Positions 53,360 to 64,000 of a stretch of 64,000 bases of DNA are shown here, piece by piece. The number at the start of each line of letters is the position of its first letter. Positions within the stretch are counted from its first letter, which is position 1. Both the position numbers and the translations under genes were made by a program. Where the stretch lies: NCBI GenBank assembly GCA_964016885.1, contig OZ024740.1:106764001-106828000 (forward strand), written 5' to 3'. A model generated the notes under the pieces. That model was not told the DNA's origin. It saw only the letters and a list, made by a program, of their open reading frames with translations, and did no database searches. This DNA comes from Eledone cirrhosa (lineage: Eukaryota).

Positions 53360-53695
53360 TGCTCCCAGCTGTGGTCACCCCATAGTATCAAACTAACCAT
53401 GGAGCTTGAAGCAATCCAATGAAGCTACACCAAGAAGGTTGCCACGATGAAGGAGATAAACTACTGGGAGAGTCTAAAAGAACTGAAACTCTACTCCTCG
53501 GAATGAAGACGGGAGAGATATGCAATGATATACATATGGAAAATCCTGGAGGGACTAAGACCAAACTTTCGCATTGAGAGCTGGACCAATTCTCGAACAG
53601 GACGTCACTGTGTGGTACCAAAGGTCCCGTCTGCCACATCTAGAATCAGGAGCAGCTATTGCAATAGCCTGGGGTTCAAAGGCCCTCAACTTGGT
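53360..53695 (+). mobile_element. CR1-group LINE RT C-terminal fragment
   Basis: Includes IYIWKILEGLRPNF...SLGFKGPQL; homologous to 56630-57270. Confidence 0.7.
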
Positions 53696-53741
53696 TTTAA
53701 AAATTTAAATTTGTGTTTCCTATTCATCAATGCTTCAAGCA

Positions 53742-54116
53742 TCATTTTATGTCAGTTCTTCTACGCTAGCATGGGTTGTCCTGTTGTGGGCAGTGTTCGG
53801 TCGGCTGACCTTGTCTTGCTCATACGGGAACTGATTCTGTCTTGATTTCTACAGCTGGATGCCCTTCCTAACACCAACCTCATTTACAGTGAGTGCTGGT
53901 TTTTTTTGGTTTTTTTACCGTGGCACCTCCACGACCATTTTGCAGTGGAATGATAGGGACCCCAGTCCTATCATCTCATTTCTACAGCTGAGTAAACTGG
54001 AGCAATGTGAAATAAAGTGTCTTGCTCAAGGAAACAACACATCACCTGGTCCGAGAATTAAACTCACAACCTTTCAATTGCAAGCCCAATGCTCTAACCA
54101 CTGAGCCATGTGCCTT
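53742..54116 (-). mobile_element. tRNA-derived SINE, family A with LINE-type tail
   Basis: Reverse complement of the family A head and core, joined to an RTE-X-type 3' end. Confidence 0.8.
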
Positions 54117-54119
54117 CTA

Positions 54120-55100
54120 TTGTTGGCAATGTTAGGTCAGGTGACCATGTCTTGCTCATAAAGAACTGATTTTGGCTTGGTTTCTACAGCTGGATGCCCT
54201 TCCTAATGCCAAGTGAGTACCATCATTTACAGTGAGTACTGGGTGTTTTTTGTTGTGATTCCTCCACGACTACTTTACAGTGTGGACTGGGTGTTTTTTA
54301 CCGTGTCACCATCACGACCACTTTATAGTGTTTCGGCCTGTTCTCATGAAAGATATATTGGCGGGTGGGATGGAGTGGTGCATACTGTATGTATGTTTCA
54401 GCCTTGGCCTGGGCCCGTGGGAAGTTGGGGTTTCTGTATTACCTCATAACGTGTATTACCTCATAATGTGTCATTGCCTTTCAGAGGTGCAATTGGGCAA
54501 GGTCGGCTTTTATCACTTCATCTCAAGTCTTTCTGGGACTTTATGTAGCTGTCATCCTTCATACGAATCACATGTCCATACCAACATAATCTCCTCTCCT
54601 GCACACAACATTTGATTCTTCTTATGCCTAGTTTCTCTTTCAGTTTGTTTATGCTTTGCTGTTCGCGTATATTACTATTACACATCCATCGGAGCATACA
54701 ATCTTCATTCCTTTCTAATCTACGCAAGTCTTCTACACACAGCGCCCAGCTCTCACTACCATGCAACATTGCCGTTCATATGCACACATCATACAGTCTA
54801 CCTTTTATTCTGAAGGAAAAGCCTTTTGTATCCAGCTGTGGCAGTAGCTCCCTCAACTTCTTCCATCCCGTTCTTTCAGAACACCCCCCTCCGCTGTTAA
54901 TTCGGTATTGTTTTTACCAAGTCCTCCCAGACTTTGATGTCACTTGTTTTCAGTGATTGTTTGCTGCTTACTGTCCTGGTGCAACTGCTACATGTAAAGC
55001 CTACATTCTTAACTAAACTTCCTGAGATCCCACTACATCTCTTGTGTACCCATAGTTTGCATATGGGGCAGAGGATGGAGTTTCTACCTACACCTCTCCT
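54120..55100 (-). mobile_element. RTE-X LINE 3' fragment
   Basis: ORFs 54518-54769 and 54897-55196 carry the PHD-like finger and MLHGSE...RRLCWYGHVIR. Confidence 0.85.
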
Positions 55101-55158
55101 ACATAATGAGCACACACACACACACATATATATACACACACTCACATATATATATATA

Positions 55159-56152
55159 CTAGCCGAATTACCAGCGCCTTGCTGCGTTTCACACATTTTT
55201 TTTGTAAGAAAATGATGATTGATTTTAAATCAGTGATATAATTTATGGAGAAAAACTCAATATTACTCAATGTAAAATATAATGCATGAAAAATTGGAAA
55301 ACATCATTTTTTGTAATATATCAAATCAAAATTACATTATTAAATCTTATTCTTATTTTGTTTCTTGTAAGTAATTTTTTTCAAAATATCAATTGAAAAC
55401 TTTTGTGAATAGGCATCATATCTTGTCATTTACCTATGGTTTAAGTTTCATATAAATCGAAAGGGAAAAGTTTTCAGCGGGGGTTTGTACCCCCGGGGAA
55501 CCCTAATAGGGGGTTTAACCACCATTAAGGTGTCTTATAGTATTGAAATTTTATGAATAGGCATCATATCTCTTGATTTATCTATGGTTTAAATTGCATA
55601 TAAATCGAACCTAAAAAATTTTCAGCGGGGATTTTGTGCCCCCTGGTGAACCCTAATAGGGGGTTTAACCCCCATTAGGGTATTGTAATTTTATTGAAAT
55701 TGGCTGAAATGATGTGAATAGGCATCATATCTTGTCGTTTACCTATGGTTTAAATTGCATATAAATCGAAGGGAAAACATTTTCAGCAGGGGTTTGTGCC
55801 ACCGGTGAACCCTGATAGGGGGTTTAACCCCCATTAGAGTATTTTAATTTTATTGAAATTTGCTGAAATTTTGTGAATAGGCATCATATCTTGTCGTTTA
55901 CCTATGGTTTAAATTTCATATAAATCGAAGGTAAAGTTTCAGCGGCGGTTTTGTGCCCCCGATGAACCCTTTGATTAAAATGAAATATACTTATACAAGT
56001 ACCCTGGGCAATGTAGTTTCAGAATATATATGGTTATGGGGGTCTATCTCCAAAACCATAGGAGTTTGTAAAATCTTGTTCCATTTATTGGCCAAACTTT
56101 TCACTAGAGGGCGTTTAACCCCCATTAGGGTGTCTTAATATTATTGAAATTT
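55159..56152 (-). mobile_element. Helitron-like element with ~150-160 bp internal tandem repeats
   Basis: Minus-strand 3' end is an imperfect GC-rich hairpin followed by CTAG at 55159; repeat units start at about 55405, 55554, 55714 and 55873. Confidence 0.6.
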
Positions 56153-56166
56153 GCACACACACACAT

Positions 56167-56218
<52 letters not shown>

Positions 56219-56321
56219 CACAAACACACACATATATATATATATATATACACAAACACACTCACATATATATATATATATACACAAACACACACACACA
56301 TATATATATATATATACACAA

Positions 56322-56354
<33 letters not shown>

Positions 56355-56555
56355 CACAAACACATACACACATATTTATATCTTTTAGCAGAACATTTTA
56401 ATATTGCCACTCAATGAAAACTCTTTGTTTGGAATAAATGAATTTTGAAAATTAGGAGTGCCTGTCAGTGTATGTGTTTGTCTACTTAGCATCAATTTAC
56501 TACCCTCCCCTACCACCAGAAAATGTATAAATACCACCATATTACATTGACAGTC

Positions 56556-56607
56556 GGCTTTTCTGATGATTTCCTCCGAATGAAACAGTTCTAGTCCTGT
56601 TGAAGCC
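56556..56607 (+). ncRNA. Type I hammerhead motif with U-U at the base of stem II
   Basis: ggcuuuu-CUGAUGA-uuuc cucc gaau-GAAA-cag uucuaguc cug-UU-gaagcc. Confidence 0.6.
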
Positions 56608-56629
56608 ATTTCTATATTAAATATATATA

Positions 56630-57270
56630 TATACTCTTTTAGCTGTTCCAGCCATCCGGCTGAGACCATGATTGGGCACTGCCCTTGTTGCTACACATTC
56701 TATCTCCAGCCTGTGTTGGCTGGCCATTGATGTAAGAGGGAGTTCGTTGCTGCTGCCCTTAGGTTACCTTCGTACCGTGATGCGGGCTCATCCGGGATCC
56801 TGGATAACAGGGTGGGGAGAAGTTTCTTGAAAATATCCACGGCCACACATGTAGATCTCTCAAATCCCTTGGCAGTTTGTTGAAGAGTTGAGGGCCTTTG
56901 AACCCCAGTCTATTGCAATATCTGCTTCTTGTTCTAGATGTGGAAGACGGGACCTTTGTCACCACACAGTGAGGTCCTGTTGGGGGTTGGTCCCGCTCTC
57001 AATACCAAAGTTTGGCGCTAGTCCCTCCAGGATTTTCCATATGTATATCACTGCGTATCTCTCCCGTCTTCGTTCCAAGGAGTAGAGTTTCAGTTCTTTT
57101 AGCCACTCCCAGTAGCTCATCTCCTTCATAGTGCAATCCACTTGGTGTAGCTTCGTTAGATTGTCTCAAGTTCCGTGGTTAGTTTGATACTATGGGGTGA
57201 CCACAGCTGGGAGCAATAGTCCAGGTGGCTTAGGACAAATGGCCTTCATAGTATCAACATGGTCTCCCGG
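56630..57270 (-). mobile_element. CR1-group LINE 3' fragment
   Basis: YWEWLKELKLYSLERRRERYAVIYIWKILEGLAPNF; GPQLFNKLPRDLRD. Confidence 0.78.
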
Positions 57271-57419
57271 TCTCTTATATAGAAAACCTCAAATAAAAAG
57301 TCAAGATTTGTTTCGATTTAACAGAGCAGAAAGAATTCGCGTCAGAATATTCCAACCAATCCAGCCTATATCAGCTGAATAAATATGTATATGGAGATAT
57401 ATATATACACACCCACATG

Positions 57420-57468
<49 letters not shown>

Positions 57469-57540
57469 GCACGCACACACACATATATATATACACACAC
57501 ACTCAAACACACACACATACATACACGCATGCATGCATAC

Positions 57541-58143
57541 ATGATGGCTGCTCCCTCGTTATCGAGTATGGCCATTGCACGATATACCATTATTAATAAT
57601 TATTAATTAATTATATCGTGCAATGCCTGTGCATAAAGATATGTTTTTAAATGAAAAAAGACTGTGCACTGAGCCAATCCCACTCTCTGAGCGACAGTAG
57701 CTATAACCCGAAAAGAAGAAAATATCAACATCATCGATAACTACTGAGCCGCAGGTTTTATATCGGAGTTATCCCAGTTTCCTGAGTTGCCTTCTCCTAG
57801 GGGCTCTTCACTCCTAGTGGTTTAACCGCGCGATCGGGTGTCCAGCCCGATTATTTCTATGTCCCCGCGCATGTACATATACATGCACCCATGTATATAC
57901 ACATATACATATACATACATATGTACATGTGTATATTCATATTTACACACTTTTGGATGACCGTTGACTCTTATGAGATCTTCCGCCCTTTGTCAGGTTT
58001 TGTTTTTTGTCCTGCAGGGTGTCCAAAATCACCCTCCTCACCAAGTAAACTTGGTGGGGTTGCCGGTTTAGTCGCCGACGACCCGACCATGCGACAGGTT
58101 GTACTGGGTTACATGTTACCAATAGCACTCAAGAGTGACCCGA
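57541..58143 (-). mobile_element. Bipartite non-autonomous RTE derivative (5' UTR joined to 3' end)
   Basis: 5' UTR-like motifs (gagtcaacggtcatccaaaa; ctaggagaaggcaactc) plus the 3' hairpin tggccatactcg...cgag...gcagccatcat shared with 58163 and 60663; no ORF. Confidence 0.6.
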
Positions 58144-58149
58144 CATACA

Positions 58150-60640
58150 TACATACATACTACATGATGGCTGCAAACTCGTGTTCAAGTATTGCCATCG
58201 TCCGGTAAAATGTTAAAAAATGTGAAGCACAAATGTGACTCTTTAAACCAGCCAAATACTTGCATCCTCTGGCACACACATGGAAACTTTAGGCTCCCCC
58301 GAAACCTTCCATTGCTTTGTTCTGGATGTATGTTCACATGTATCTTTTAAGACCTCCCATGCTTGTACATTTCTTACACCTTTTCAGATCATAATCTACA
58401 TGAGGTCTACTGATATGACTTTGTTCATGTCTAATCAAACCAGCTTTTCTCAGGCAGACTCGACCACAGGGCTGGCAAACCAGATGATGTTCAACAGCAG
58501 GCAGTTCAGAACAGTCTCAATCCTCACCTTCCTTTTCAGTGTTAGGTGTTCTCTCCGACGAGTTTCAAAGTGTTCACCACCTGACTTGATCAAACGTCTC
58601 CACTTCACACGCTCGTCAGCCATTTTCTCCAATTCGTCAGATGAAATTGCAGCACAAGCCAAGGTGCCCCTGATACAGTCCCGGTACCGCCTTTTTGGTT
58701 TATGTGGTGGTCGCTTTCCTTCACACAGTTCTCCATAGAGAAGTTGCTTTGGAATACGATCATCAGACATCCGGACCACGTGACTGCACCACCTCAACCG
58801 ATACCGAAAGATTATGCTCTCTATAGTCACGCACCTGCTCCGTTCTAGAACTTCCTAATCACTGGCGAACATTTTCCATCACACTCCAAGTAACTTACGA
58901 AGGGATTGTTGGTGAAATCTCTCCAGATCCTTGAGGTGCTTTCTGTATGTGACCCACGTTTCACAAACATAAAGTAAAGAGGAGACGACACAAGTCAGAT
59001 ACACTTTCACCTTGGTTTCGATAGTGATACCTCGTCTGGACCATAAACGTTGATGCAGCCGTCCAAAAGCATCACTGGCTTTCTTGATTCTTAAGGATAT
59101 TTCATTATCATGTGTGCATGAAGTGTTCAACGTACTACCAAGGTAAACAAACTTGTCAGAAACTTTTAGCCTCTTTCCGTACACGTACACACTTGGTGCA
59201 GTGTACTCGTTTCCAGGTACTGGCTGATACATCACAACAGTCTTTTCCAAGCTTATTGTGACGCCCAAAGTGCTGCAAGCTGCAGAAAAAGAGTTCATAA
59301 TATGCTGCATGTCACTTTGTGAGTGTGCAAAAAGATCGCAGACGTCTGCATACAAAAACTCTCGGATTATAGATGTTAATACCTTTGTGCTTGTACCAAA
59401 GCGCCTGGTGTTGAACAACCTTCCTGAAGTGCGATACCTGATGTAAACCCCATGAGAACAATATTTGAATGCCATGAGAAACACTATCGTAAAATATAAG
59501 GAAAACAGAGTTGGAGCCGGAATGTCCCCCTGCTTCACTCCATTTTCAACTGATATTGGTTCAGAGATGCTACCATCAATACTGACCAAAGCCTTCATGT
59601 CATCATGGAAAAGATGCAGAATCTTCTACCCTACCTTGGATTTTTTTCCCACAACGCAGTTTGATTGACAGTGTCAAAGGCCTTTGTCAAGTCAACAAAG
59701 ACCTGGTAAAGGTCCATACATTGTTCGATACACTTTTCTTGCGGCTGCCGAGCAGAAACGATCATATCTACTGTTCCTCTTTCGTTTCTGAACCCACACT
59801 GCGACTCAGGCAACACATTCAGAGCAACTATTGGGATCAATCTATCCATCATTATTCGACACGACTTTACCAACTACTGAAAGAAGGGATATGACATGAT
59901 AATTGCCACATTTGTCCTTGCCGTCCTTTCCTTTATGGAGAATCACCATGAACGCATCCTTCTTGTGGGACATTCTCATCTTCCCACACCATTTTCATGA
60001 GGTCAGTCAGGCGCTGCGTGAAGTTTTCACCACCATACTTCAAAACCGCTCCACTCAGGCCATCCATACCAGGAGACTTACCACAGTTCAGCTTATGCAC
60101 AGCAGAAGTCCCCTCTGCAAGAGAAGATACATTAGCCATATCATATGCTTCACTGGTTCAATAGGAATGGAACAAATGAAATCATCATCAACCTGGTTTA
60201 AGAGCTCATCAAAGTGATCTCTCTATCTGTCGAGTATCTTTTGGGTCGCGCAGTAATTGCTTGCCATCTTTCGATCTCAAAGGGGCCACTGGAGAGCTGA
60301 AAGGGCCATACACCTCTGTGAGTAGAAAGTGCGGCAGTTTCACATTGTTGCCGTCAGATGCCACTTGAACTTCATCTGCTTTGTTGCTCCACCAGGTATT
60401 TTGCATAGCCCTGAGTTTCACCTGCACTTCCTTCTTTACCTGTCTGTAACGCTCATAATTGTCATCAACAGAGCTACCACCTTTAAGAACTGCATCAAGT
60501 GCCTTTTGTTTTCTGTCTAGCAGAGCCTTGACCTCCTGGTCATTCTCATCAAACCAGTCCTTGTTTTCTTGTGACAAAGCCAAGAACCTCTGCTGAAGCC
60601 TGATAGACCGAGCTCCTGAAGTCCTTCCAGTTGTTCTCAT
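58150..60640 (-). mobile_element. RTE/BovB-like LINE, 5'-truncated and degenerate
   Basis: LPESQCGFR, FVDLTKAFD, GVKQG..PAPTLF, FLYADVC, FVYLGS, LRWCSHVVRM...IPKQLLYGEL. Confidence 0.9.
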
Positions 60641-60659
60641 ACACGCATACATACTTACA

Positions 60660-61107
60660 TATATGGTGGCTGCCAACTCGTTTTCGAGTACGGCCACTAC
60701 TTTATATCCATGTAGGAAAACCCCTACCGATGCGCTGAACGAGTGTGACTTTTTAGTCCAGTTAGCAACTTGAAAACTCTGGTACAAACACTACACCTGT
60801 GACAATTATTGACACATAGTGCTGGGCCCTTGGTACCATGTGACGACAAGTGCAGAGAGATCTCCAGATATAAAGCAATGCCTGTGCCGTGAAGCTTTTA
60901 TAGTGAGCAAAGGCACTGCACAAAGCCAGTCCCACTCTCTTAACCAAGATGACATTTACCAAAAAGAAGAACAAGTCAACATCATTGGATACCATCAGGG
61001 TTGCAGGTGTTATATCAGAGTTTTCCTTCTCCTAGAATTCTGCCTTGACAAAGGCTAAGGGATCATCTCTCCCGGTGATTTTGGATGGCCATTGACTCTT
61101 AAGAGTC
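60660..61107 (-). mobile_element. Second bipartite non-autonomous RTE derivative
   Basis: gagtcaatggccatccaaaa and ctaggagaaggaaaactctga at the 5' side; RTE 3' hairpin at 60663-60697; (GTAT)n tail. Confidence 0.6.
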
Positions 61108-61849
61108 ATATATACATGTATACATACATGCATACATCCATACATCCATCCATCCATACATACATACATGTATACACACATACATCCATCCATCCATCCA
61201 TACGTGTATACATACATACAATGGTTAAAGTGTTTGACTGACGACCATAAGTTCATGGGTTCATAGTTGGGACCGGGTAGTTATTGAATCAACCTGATAT
61301 CAATGTTTATTATACAGCACACTTCCTCTTTGGTATATATGACACAGTAATATCTAACATAGAACCCATCTAATCTTTTATAATATGATTTACCTTTCCG
61401 CTGTGAAGGCACATGCCTTAGGGGTTACGGTACTGGACTAACCATTATAAAGTCATGGGCTCGTTTCTTCGATCCTGCAGCATGTTGCGTGCTTCAGTAA
61501 AATACTTTAGTTCGTGTAGCATCTTCTACCAGGACTTGCGGCAGACAGATAATATCAGTAATGGAAAAAACCTTGTTTCATTAGTATGACCTGGGAATCA
61601 GTTCCACTCTATTTATTTTCTTTATTAAAGGCAATCAAATTATTTTTTATTTTATTCTTTTTCTTATTTTTCCATGTTTGTTAAATAAATTCAAAAATAT
61701 CGAACTAAATTGAAATTTTGTAAGAAAATTTCCATAAAAGTTAATATTTACAATTCAATAAAATGTAATAAAATGTATTGAAGTCGACGAAATGTGGACC
61801 TTCATTTTTGAAAGATGGATAATGCTATAAGCAGACCTTACAATATTGT

Positions 61850-61965
61850 ACCACAATATTGTGCAAAAGTGGGCAGCCGAATTTAGGAAAGGATAGGGGA
61901 TTCTTGAAGATGACCCAATGTCTGGACGTCCTACAACTGCCACTACCGAGAAAAACATTGATCTC
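61850..61965 (+). mobile_element. Mariner transposase N-terminal fragment
   Basis: KWAAEFRKG..ILEDDPMSGRPTTATTEKNID, typical of the mariner HTH linker. Confidence 0.7.
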
Positions 61966-63419
61966 AGTACTGCAACACCGATGGAAGAAGTGTGTGGAAC
62001 GCAAGGGAGACTATATTGAAAAATAAACCTCATTTGGTCACATTCCATGAGAGTATCTTTGTCAACCCTGGTTGTTGGTGAAGCTGTGTTGTTGTTGATG
62101 TTGTTGTCTCGCGAAGTGAGCGTATTCGGTGTTTAAATTCACAGTTAAAAAAAAAATTTTTTTCAGAAAAAATGAGTTGCGCAAAGTGCTAGAAATAGCA
62201 GCCGAAGTTGATGGTCGATGTTGAGAATGCGTTGACCTGGAAGGGTCAAGAAGCCAGCGACCAAAGAAATAAGCATTCTGAATAAATGCGCAGTTTTCGA
62301 CGGCAAATTTACGTGGTAAATTTTTAAACCGGCAAATAGGAGAATATAGCTTAAGGCTGAAGAATCCTTGGCGAGAAACGTTATCTCTGTGAGTCGAGAT
62401 ATCTCTGTGAGTCGATAATTTGTGCTGCCTACACGTGCCAATACAAGGTTAAGTTAGGTTTAAAAAATAATATTTCTAACGCGCAAGAAAATGATAGTGC
62501 AAGTGTGAAAGTGACAATGATGAAAAAGAAAGGCTTCACTTAGCATAATTATTGGTGTGAACTTTGGAGAAAAAAAAAAAAAAAAAAAACTTGAACGATG
62601 AAGAAAACGATGAAAAAAAAAGGCAATGGTTCATCGAAAATAAATGTTCCTGTTGAAATGTTTCTAAAAAAAAAATATCAAATTTCTTTTTTTTTTTTTG
62701 AAAGTGTTCGTTGTAAGAAACGAGAAATATATATATATCGTGAAATGCGACAGTTAGTTGATGCGTGAGAGAAAAAGTCTGTCTGCACGAAAGTTTCACA
62801 TGTGCGTGGTGTGTTCGTTTCTTTGACTGAGTATTTTCATAGTTTGTCAATAAATTTGCTGTGTATTCGTAATGTTACTCACACAACACCAGATTCTGCT
62901 ATTTTTTCTTTTTTCGGGGTAACCACTTATAACAATGAACGGCTGCGTGTTCGTATCATGTCAGGGTTACCAATGTAGCGGAAAACTGGGTTGTATGAAT
63001 TTAACAATGGTGACATGGTTTGTGTGTATAATATTTAATCAACAATTTAACAGTATAGTTGACATGTCAATGAATAAATGAAAGAATGAAACAAAGTTAG
63101 TAGTTACCGTTTTGATTGCCAGGCAAACGCGGGACGCCTGGCGAAGGCCAGGCGCCGGAAGGGCAAATGAGGGAGTGAGAACTTAAAGTTGTTAGTTTTA
63201 TACGGTTCTGACCGGAAGTTACAGAAAGGGTTCTACTTCCCGTCTAGATGTTGTTAATCTATTGGGGTTGTGAGTCACAACAAGGGAGGCAACTGCTATA
63301 GGTCTTTTGCCGTCACTTCTGGACAACCCAGATGGTTCTAAGATTGATACTATCGGTATATTTATTAGTTATATATTAAATAACGTTGCAAATGGGAGTG
63401 AAAATATAAACACATGATA

Positions 63420-63695
63420 TATACAAAGCATATAAATAAATTTACAGTAGAATAACATAACAAATATGTTTTAAATATATACATAAATAACATTACAAAT
63501 TGCTCGCGATTCTTTCAGAAGGATATATTCCTTTAATGTTGCAATATTAAAGAAACTATAAAAGAAGGGGTCGACAACCGAGCACCACCAGAGCAAAAGA
63601 CAGCAACGTCCCGAGGAGTACTGGGCAACCTCTCTAATGATTTTTTAGACAAGCCAGCACACTCGCAGCGTTGCCTCGGGCGATGGCCAGGCTGA
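63420..63695 (-). mobile_element. CRE-clade LINE 3' end
   Basis: ISLAIARGNAASVLACLKNH* followed by a 3' UTR shared with 31940-32070 and 33600-33790. Confidence 0.72.
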
Positions 63696-64000
63696 TATTA
63701 TGATTAAATGGGGGCCCAGGTGCTGGCCGCCCGCGGACCTTTCTGACAGAATAGAGGTGTTTCCTCGGAGGATGGAGGAACCATTCCAGCTTGCGATGTG
63801 GTGAAATTATTTCACTAACCCCATTCGTCCTTGATATAATATTACGTAAAATTTTGTATTTTCCATCTTTCACCACACTGTTTGGTTTGATTTTGCGAAT
63901 CTATGAGTACATTATCAGATGTTTCACTCCCATTAAACTGCTCGGGTGTGATCTGAGGAAGATTTGGCTGTTATTTCTAAAAGATCGAATGATGGTGGTG

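Noticed and set aside
62352-62395. Hammerhead candidate CUGAAGA...GAAACGUU
   Set aside because: Neither stem I nor stem II pairs.

Overview
Eukaryotic, repeat-dense genomic DNA, probably an octopod cephalopod. That assignment is inferred from the SINE families and the (TA)n/(CA)n load. The one recognisable host gene is a minus-strand DEAD-box helicase DDX20/Gemin3, of which only 7 coding exons (32628 to 23734) are visible. The rest is mobile DNA: three Penelope-like retroelement (PLE) families, RTE-X LINEs with a PHD-type finger inside the RT and their partner tRNA-SINE, an RTE/BovB-like LINE with bipartite non-autonomous derivatives, CR1-group and CRE-clade LINE fragments, Helitrons, a Merlin (IS1595-like) TIR element, Tc1/mariner relics and a ~10 kb compound satellite block. 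The most striking signal, found by hand-folding, is at least six type I hammerhead-ribozyme-like motif families with different flanking sequence. Some have non-canonical cores (U3/A8, A4, U10.1-U11.1). Two sit in ORF-less units longer than one monomer (~374 nt and ~658 nt), the architecture expected of non-LTR retrozymes or circular-RNA retroelements mobilised by PLEs. All folds are manual and no activity has been shown.
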